Source of the DNA: a bacterium
GTDB lineage: Bacteria; Hinthialibacterota; Hinthialibacteria; Hinthialibacterales; Hinthialibacteraceae
DNA: 64,000 bases
Direction: 5' to 3'
NCBI GenBank assembly: GCA_963662285.2
Contig: CAXXMV010000002.1
Location: 1,440,001 to 1,504,000 of the forward strand
The stretch's first letter is position 1. Each line of letters opens with the position of its first letter. Positions 57,655 through 64,000 of this stretch are shown in pieces. The translations under genes were made by a program, and so were the position numbers. Under the pieces are notes generated by a model. The model had not been told where the DNA came from. It worked only from the letters and a program-made list of their open reading frames with translations, and made no database searches.

Positions 57655-59931
57655 ATGGTTCAACCACTGACCAACCAAACCAATAGCCATACATGGCTTT
57701 CTTCAATACTCCAAGAGTTTCGCCTTGAACGCCTTTTACCCAGCATCACGGCGGGTTTAATTGTCGGGATTCTGGTTATTTTTATCGAAATCTCCTTTGC
57801 AGCGCTAATCTTTTCCGGCGACCTCTCGGTCTATATGCCCAATGGCATTGGATACTTACTACTGGGTTCCTTCATCATCGGCGTGATCGTATCGCTCACC
57901 AGCTCTTTTTCCGGCATGATAGCCTTACCCCAAGACAGCCCTACCGCCATTATGGCGCTGGTCGCCGCCGCTATAGCCGCCAGTATGCCGGAGACTGCAA
58001 CCTCCGATAATCTCTTCTTCACTGTTGTCGCATCTATCGCCCTCTCATCGATTCTGACCGGCATTTTCTTTATGCTCCTCGGAACATTTAAGTTAGGCAG
58101 TTTAATCCGCTTTATCCCCTATCCGGTGATAGGCGGTTTCCTCGCCGGTACTGGATGGCTGCTGATGAAGGGCGCTATCGGCGTAATGACTGATGTCTCC
58201 GTCACATTCATCACATTACCATCATTCTTCCAATTATCCGTTATAATCAAATGGGCGCCCGGTGTTCTGTTTGGTTTATTATTGCTCTTTGTTTTACGGA
58301 AATATCATCATTTTCTGGTTATGCCATCCATGTTAGCATCAACCATTGTTCTGTTTTATATTGCATTGGCATGTACCAATATTTCAGTATCCGAAGCCAG
58401 CGCCCAGGGTTGGCTTTTAGGGCCATTCCAGGAAAGTGGTCTCTGGCGCCCCTTAACCATTTCATCACTCAGTCATGTCCATTGGCCAATCATCTTCGCG
58501 CAAACCGGCAGCATCTTATCCATCCTTATCGTCAGCGTAATTTCACTCTTGCTCAATGCTGGTGGAGTCGAACTCTCCGTGCGGCGTGATATCGACTTAA
58601 ACCGGGAATTGCAATGCGCCGGCGTTTCCAATCTTATCCTGGGGCCATGCGGCTGTTCTCCGGGATTTCATGCCATGTCCCTATCCGCTCTGGGTTATAA
58701 ACTTGGTTCCGACAGCCGCATGGTCGGTCTTATCTCGGCGCTGATGTGCGGCGTCATATTCTACTTTGGCGCTTCGATTCTCGGTTTTTTCCCCAAATTC
58801 GTCCTCGGCGGTTTGCTTTTCTTCCTGGGTCTCTCCTTTCTCTCTGAATGGGTATACGACTCACGATCCACTCTCCCCAAAGCCGATTACATTCTTGTCC
58901 TGATTATCCTCGGTATTGTGGGTACCTTTGGTTTTTTATCTGGAGTAATCGCAGGAATCTTTATCTCGGTTGTGCTTTTCGTGGTCAAATACAGCCGTAT
59001 CAATGTAGTCAAACATGTTCTATCAGGCGCCAATTTCCGCAGCAACGTCGACCGCTCTATGCCCCATCAGACCATCCTCAAAGATAAGGGAGATCAACTT
59101 CTCATCTTCAAATTGCAGGGATTCATCTTTTTCGGTACAGCCTACAATCTGATGACCCAGGTTCGTCAACGGGCCTCTGACCCGGACGCGCCCACTTTAC
59201 GCTATGTGATTTTCGATTTCAAACTGGTAACCGGATTGGATTCATCCGCTATCAATAGTTTTGATAAAATGAAGCAGGTTGCTGAATCGCAGAATATTAT
59301 CCTGATGTTTGTTTCTCTCTCTGATCAGATTCAACGCCGGTTTGAGATCGGTGGATACAAGGATGATGAAGAATCAGTAGTCCGCATACGGCCTGATTTG
59401 GATCACGGGATGGAATGGTGTGAAGAGAAAATCATAGAAAACGTAAAACCATCCCATTCTCAAGATCGATCCGCATTACTGGAGTCTTCTTTTGAAGACA
59501 TCATGAAATTTCTTGATAAACAAGAACTGTTTGAGTCGATTATCACCGATCTTAATCCATATCTGGAACAACAATCTACTGAAAAGGGAGATTACTTGAT
59601 CCGGCAGGGAGATTCTCCTGATTCTTTATACTTCCTTGAATCGGGCATGATCACCATTCAATTCGAGCATGAAGGCGGCAAAACAACACGCCTGAGAACC
59701 ATGCATTTCGGAACGGTTGTCGGTGAACTGGGCTTTTACCTGCTACAACCAGCCAGCGCATCTGTCGTAGTGTGCGAACCGGGAACAGTATATCGGCTCT
59801 CTATCGACGCCTTGCAAAAAATGACGGAAGCCGATCCTCAACTAGCCGTCAATTTCCATGATTTCATGGCCAAACTATTATGCGAAAAACTATCCACATC
59901 CAACGTCCTGCTAAGATCACTTATGGATTAA
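57655..59931 (+). CDS. SulP-family anion transporter with STAS and cNMP-binding domains
   Basis: IRFIPYPVIGGFLAG, LQGFIFFGTA, DFKLVTGLDSSA, IRQGD..LYFLESG, VVGELGFY. Confidence 0.93.
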   Translation: MVQPLTNQTNSHTWLSSILQEFRLERLLPSITAGLIVGILVIFIEISFAALIFSGDLSVYMPNGIGYLLLGSFIIGVIVSLTSSFSGMIALPQDSPTAIMALVAAAIAASMPETATSDNLFFTVVASIALSSILTGIFFMLLGTFKLGSLIRFIPYPVIGGFLAGTGWLLMKGAIGVMTDVSVTFITLPSFFQLSVIIKWAPGVLFGLLLLFVLRKYHHFLVMPSMLASTIVLFYIALACTNISVSEASAQGWLLGPFQESGLWRPLTISSLSHVHWPIIFAQTGSILSILIVSVISLLLNAGGVELSVRRDIDLNRELQCAGVSNLILGPCGCSPGFHAMSLSALGYKLGSDSRMVGLISALMCGVIFYFGASILGFFPKFVLGGLLFFLGLSFLSEWVYDSRSTLPKADYILVLIILGIVGTFGFLSGVIAGIFISVVLFVVKYSRINVVKHVLSGANFRSNVDRSMPHQTILKDKGDQLLIFKLQGFIFFGTAYNLMTQVRQRASDPDAPTLRYVIFDFKLVTGLDSSAINSFDKMKQVAESQNIILMFVSLSDQIQRRFEIGGYKDDEESVVRIRPDLDHGMEWCEEKIIENVKPSHSQDRSALLESSFEDIMKFLDKQELFESIITDLNPYLEQQSTEKGDYLIRQGDSPDSLYFLESGMITIQFEHEGGKTTRLRTMHFGTVVGELGFYLLQPASASVVVCEPGTVYRLSIDALQKMTEADPQLAVNFHDFMAKLLCEKLSTSNVLLRSLMD

Positions 59932-59999
59932 TACAGCCATATTACTATACATATAAATGCATCTAAATGCATCTAAATCTAAAATCCCTGATCCAACAT

Positions 60000-60125
60000 G
60001 TAGGGCGCCCCCTCGTGGGCGCCCGAATCTCCAAATACTCCAAACGGATGAATTCGTTCATAGGCGCCAGGTGAGTATTGGGTACTGGGCGCCAAGGGCA
60101 AGACTGCATTGGTTCCAGTCTTTGA
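60000..60125. repeat. GTAG-type REP and degenerate CAAGGGC hairpin
   Basis: GTAGGGCGCCCCCTCGTGGGCGCCC (like 45287); GGGCGCCAAGGGCAAGACTGCATTGGTTCCAGTCTTTGA. Confidence 0.75.
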
Positions 60126-60398
60126 TGCGATAAACTAAGCATCTCAAAACTTCACTCCGGCAAAAACGGGTTCGACGAACTCCTAGAGCAATTGTCAAAA
60201 ATTTGTTCCTTATACCAGAATGAATAAATTGGCGATACTGTAAAACTTTTAACCCGATAACCGATGTTATAATAAGTATAATATAGTCAGTGAATTATGG
60301 ATATATCTTTAAGAGTTACACCCATTTACATTTCCCAATTTTAAAGTATTATTTTAACGGTTTAAATCTGATCTTTCACTTATCAAAGATAAAAAATT

Positions 60399-61013
60399 AT
60401 GAGCGAATCAAAACCTATCTTTCGATCCAGCAAAGACCAAGTCTGGGAAAAACTAAGCCAGGAAATCGCGGGAAAGTTTGTTGCTGGTGAAACCAGCAAG
60501 GGAGGCAAAATCGTCGCCAAGGTGAACGATTGGGTCGTCACGTTGGACTTGCACCAGTTCGATACCCAACACGACCATGTGACTTATACCCGCCTTCGCG
60601 CTCCCTATATCAATAAAGACGGATTCCGTTTTCTGATCTATCGCCAGTCTTTCTTCTCAGCTCTCGAAAAAGTATTTGGTCTTCAAGACATTCAAATCAA
60701 TGAGCCGGAACTCGATAATAATTACATCATTCAGGGAAACAATGACGACAAAGTCAAGCAACTATTCTCTAATGCCAAAATTCGTGAAATTATCAAATCG
60801 ATTCCGGTCTTCTATAGCGAAGTGCGCAATGACGATGGTTATTTCCATGATGAATTTCCCCAAGGCGTGGACGAATTGTATTGCCTGGTCGAAGGAGAAA
60901 TACTAGATGAAAACAAACTGAAAGATTTGTTCGATCTGTTCGCCGAAATCCTCAACCATCTCTGCCATATCGATTCGGCTTACGAAATCGATCCCTGTAT
61001 CGAATTAGAATAG
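60399..61013 (+). CDS. Conserved hypothetical protein (DUF3137-like)
   Basis: 204-aa ORF with YTRLRAPY, GLQDIQI..PELDNNYIIQG motifs typical of this hypothetical family. Confidence 0.7.
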   Translation: MSESKPIFRSSKDQVWEKLSQEIAGKFVAGETSKGGKIVAKVNDWVVTLDLHQFDTQHDHVTYTRLRAPYINKDGFRFLIYRQSFFSALEKVFGLQDIQINEPELDNNYIIQGNNDDKVKQLFSNAKIREIIKSIPVFYSEVRNDDGYFHDEFPQGVDELYCLVEGEILDENKLKDLFDLFAEILNHLCHIDSAYEIDPCIELE

Positions 61014-61062
61014 GATCATAATCTTCTGACAATTAGAATTGTTGCGCCCGGACGCCAAGAGC

Positions 61063-61384
61063 CGGGCGCCAAGGGCAAGACCGCAGTGCGTCCAGCCCTT
61101 GATTAAGCCACCAAAGAAAACAATTCACCACCGCGTAGGGTGGGTCACGCCTCACCGACCCACCAAAAATCCACCCCCGAAAACCAACCACTATCACCTA
61201 ATTAATCTCAAAAAAATCCTTGAATCATCATGACGCGCCTGATATTCCGGGCGCCCATGAAGGACGCCCCTACGGGTTTATCATGTGTTTTTTTGTTGGT
61301 AAAGATTATTGGATTAACGTAGGTGATCGCATCAAGGGCTGACCGCGATGCGGTCTTGCCCCTGGCGCCCGCCTCTCCCAGCGG
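61063..61384. repeat. REP-like cluster left of second IS481
   Basis: CAAGGGC hairpins in both orientations and GTAG REPs; 61249-61370 recurs almost exactly at 63051-63172. Confidence 0.85.
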
Positions 61385-62891
61385 TGTACAGACCGGGTAG
61401 ATGGGTAACACATGTTCGGGGACATGGGTTACAGTTTTTTATCAAAACCGGGATTTATCCCAGGTTATTGTTTGAGTTTTTTTTTAGGCATCTAGAGATG
61501 CTCAGGATAATTGGTTGGCTTAGAGGGAGGAGGTGAATATTTCACCTCCTGCATTATCCCTCGCACCTCGGATCGGCTATCCCTGGCGGGTTGCACTCCT
61601 GCAGCGCCCGCTTCCGTTTCGCCCAACCAATTTCTATTGTGACGCCTTTTTCTGGATTGCCAAGTTATCTTCTTTGATTTCATTCAAACGCAGATCGAGC
61701 GTCTTGATTTTTTGTCGGCAAAAATATACGTCCATCATCCCATCGGTCATAGCGGGTTTCAAGGCAACCGGGCATCCTACCAGGGCGCGGCTCACCCGGT
61801 AATCTTCACCACGGTACGCCACCCGACCTCCTTGTTGCACCTTCCTGATAATGCTGCCCGGCGCGTACTCGATATCCGGCAAACTTCCCGGATAAACAAA
61901 AGGACTGGACGTATAATGGTTAGCCGGGACATCCATATCCAGGGCTTCGTGAGGACGCTCAAAATTGTATTCATAACGCCACTCATCAAACCGCCTTTGG
62001 CAATATTCCAAATCCACAAACGATTCCCTTATCAGCAATTCTTGCTTAAAGGTCCGGTGAAATCGCTCGACCTTGCCTTGGGTTTGCGGATGGTAGGGGC
62101 GACCGTGATACACGCGAATACCCAATCGTATCAGCCATATTGTCAATCTGGTGTATTCGCAGGTTTTGCATCCTCCCCACGGACTTCCGTTATCCATCAA
62201 CATCGCCCGAGGCATACCATACATCCTGAACACGCTTTCCAGGGAGTCTTGCACGGTTTCCCTTTGCTGATTGGCGCACGAAAATAATCCGGGAACAAAG
62301 CGCGTGCAATCATCCAGAATGCTGAGCGGATAACAGCGTGCTTTGAGCGTGGGAAAATCTCCTTTGAAATCCATTTGCCACAATTCGTTGGGCGTATCTT
62401 TTTCAAAACGCTTATAGGCTTTGTGCTTGTGACTTTCCTTTTCATCCAGCAATCCCAGTCGGCGTAACACGGCAGTAATAGTGCTGGCGCTAGGAACATT
62501 TTCGTATCCCAATTGAATCAGACGAGAGCGAATTTTGCGTCCTCCCCATCCTTTTTCGCGATTTTCTGTAATGGCTTGCTCGATAGACTTATCTGTTTGA
62601 TGAGGGCAAGTATTGGGTTTTTTGGAACGGTCTTGGAGATTTTCGCCTCCTCCTTCTTTGTACCGTTTGATCCATTTGTAACCCGTCTTACGGCTGATAT
62701 CAAACCGTTTACATAATTGGCTGATGTTGCTTTCTTCTTGCTGGCTCAACAATACGAATTCTTTTCTCAGAGACATAAGGTCCACCTCGTTCCAGGGCAT
62801 ATTCTTCGCCTCCTTTCAAGGCTAGAATACACTCAGGGAATGTGTTACCTATGTCCCCGAACACCTGTTACCCATGTCCCAGGCCTTTACA
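61385..62891 (-). mobile_element. IS481-family insertion sequence, second copy in inverted orientation, 1507 bp, 5-bp TSD AGCGG
   Basis: Reverse complement of 46325-47831; AGCGG at 61380-61384 and 62892-62896. Confidence 0.95.
61634..62800 (-). CDS. IS481-family DDE transposase
   Basis: Identical to 46416..47582 except GGVE to GGGE. Confidence 0.97.
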   Translation of the reverse strand: MPWNEVDLMSLRKEFVLLSQQEESNISQLCKRFDISRKTGYKWIKRYKEGGGENLQDRSKKPNTCPHQTDKSIEQAITENREKGWGGRKIRSRLIQLGYENVPSASTITAVLRRLGLLDEKESHKHKAYKRFEKDTPNELWQMDFKGDFPTLKARCYPLSILDDCTRFVPGLFSCANQQRETVQDSLESVFRMYGMPRAMLMDNGSPWGGCKTCEYTRLTIWLIRLGIRVYHGRPYHPQTQGKVERFHRTFKQELLIRESFVDLEYCQRRFDEWRYEYNFERPHEALDMDVPANHYTSSPFVYPGSLPDIEYAPGSIIRKVQQGGRVAYRGEDYRVSRALVGCPVALKPAMTDGMMDVYFCRQKIKTLDLRLNEIKEDNLAIQKKASQ

Positions 62892-62896
62892 AGCGG

Positions 62897-63409
62897 TAGA
62901 GGGGAGTTGGTTATCCGGTGTTTTTTTTGTTGGTAAAGATCATTGGATTACCATAGGTGTAGTCAAGGGCAGAAAGGACACTGCCCTTGGCACCCATCCT
63001 GATTTTGGATACGCTTTGTTTTTTTTATATTCATCGTTAATTATCATATTGGGCGCCCATGAAGGACGCCCCTACGGGTTTATCATGTGTTTTTTTGTTG
63101 GTAAAGATTATTGGATTAACGTAGGTGATCGTATCAAGGGCTGACCGCGTTGCGGTCTTGCCCTTGGCGCCCGCCCTTGGCGCCCGCCCGTCATCGCATA
63201 AACCGTAGGTGGAATCATCATCGGGCAACCATGAAGGATTGCTCCTACGGGTTATTATCGTTGGTGGTTTTTGTAGGGGCGCTTTTCATGGGCGCCCAAC
63301 CGAATGACCTGGGCGCCAAGGGCATTGTATTTTTTGCCCTTGATGCGATTACCTGTGTATTTCAGCAGGTAGGGCGGGCTAAAAGCGAAAGCGTAGTCCT
63401 AAAAACCAC
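62897..63409. repeat. REP-like cluster right of second IS481
   Basis: TCAAGGGCAGAAAGGACACTGCCCTTGGCACCC, GGGCGCCCATGAAGGACGCCCCTAC, GTAGGGGCGCTTTTCATGGGCGCCC, GTAGGGCGGGCTAAAAGCGAAAGCGTAG. Confidence 0.85.
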
Positions 63410-64000
63410 CTATTTCGTAACATTAACAATCGCTTCGGTGAACTGACGCAGATCCCATTCTCCGAACGCGATATCAGCGGTGATGATCGAAACGCCTTTG
63501 GCATTATCGGCGGGCGTAACATAGACGGACACGGTTCGTTCTTCCCGTGGTGGGATAGTTATAACCAGCGGTCCTCGCTGGGTGTTCCATCCGCGTGGAA
63601 CGTGCGGCGTCACGGAGAAGGTCTGTTCGCGGGATGAATGATTAAATATTACTACCTTGCATTCATTCCTCTGTCCCGCTTGTGCGTCAATCCCGTATGG
63701 ATAAAACCTGATCCACTGATGATCTATGCCATAATTGACGTTATCCCAGGGCAGCAAGTCTTGCAACAGAGCGACTCGTTTTTCAAGCGTATCAATCATA
63801 AACTCAAGTTGCTTGGGAGAAAAACGGAATGGTTCTTTAATATGCTCGTTGATCAGACAGTAATCCGGTTTCATGCGCTTTAGCGCATCGAGGCAGTAAA
63901 AATAGCCTGTATCCGGGTGCAGCATGTTGCGGTTTAACATGCAATAATCGTCGATGCCTGATGGCGAAAACGAATCGCCGATAAAGAAGATGGTTTCACC
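63410..64000 (-). CDS. C-terminal part of a probable MBL-fold metallohydrolase with Ig-like (NEW3-like) tail; runs off window end
   Basis: Frame open to window edge: GETIFFIGDSFSPSGIDDYC...PDYCLINEH, then beta-sandwich VVIFNHS..FSVTPHVPRGW. Confidence 0.65.
   Translation of the reverse strand, partial: GETIFFIGDSFSPSGIDDYCMLNRNMLHPDTGYFYCLDALKRMKPDYCLINEHIKEPFRFSPKQLEFMIDTLEKRVALLQDLLPWDNVNYGIDHQWIRFYPYGIDAQAGQRNECKVVIFNHSSREQTFSVTPHVPRGWNTQRGPLVITIPPREERTVSVYVTPADNAKGVSIITADIAFGEWDLRQFTEAIVNVTK

Noticed and set aside
46325-62891. Composite transposon carrying the 13.5-kb block
   Set aside because: Each IS has its own separate TSD pair, showing independent insertions, and the cargo is core housekeeping genes

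Overview
Bacterial window, AT-rich and probably from a diderm (outer-membrane barrels and lipoproteins; DUF1080 and PQQ-propeller genes suggest a PVC-like or candidate-phylum host, by inference only). 1-5.4 kb: start of a type I PKS cluster with a divergent SyrD/PvdE-type peptide exporter. 5.5-36.1 kb: one long minus-strand run holding the main candidate novel system, a poly-gamma-glutamate-like (CapB/CapC) locus laid out like a Gram-negative synthase-dependent secretion machine. In transcription order it has a CHASE2 pseudo-kinase, a tandem-CapC fusion with two dead PghP-like domains, an 837-aa membrane-anchored protein, a secreted PghP-like Zn hydrolase, a 1798-aa TPR/beta-barrel lipoprotein and a HEAT-repeat-CapB fusion. 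A phosphorelay with a FixL-type heme PAS follows. 36-64 kb: accessory and housekeeping genes (DUF1080, CheY-CheC-DGC triad, DASS and SulP transporters, DUF481, phoH-HDIG-ybeY-CNNM-DUF502, asd). Their intergenic regions are full of nested palindromic repeats: an IS4-like MITE with internal 202-bp tandem expansion, REP/REPIN-like units, and two near-identical IS481 copies, each inserted into the same hairpin family. No rRNA, tRNA or CRISPR array was recognised. All domain calls come from motif reading, not database searches.
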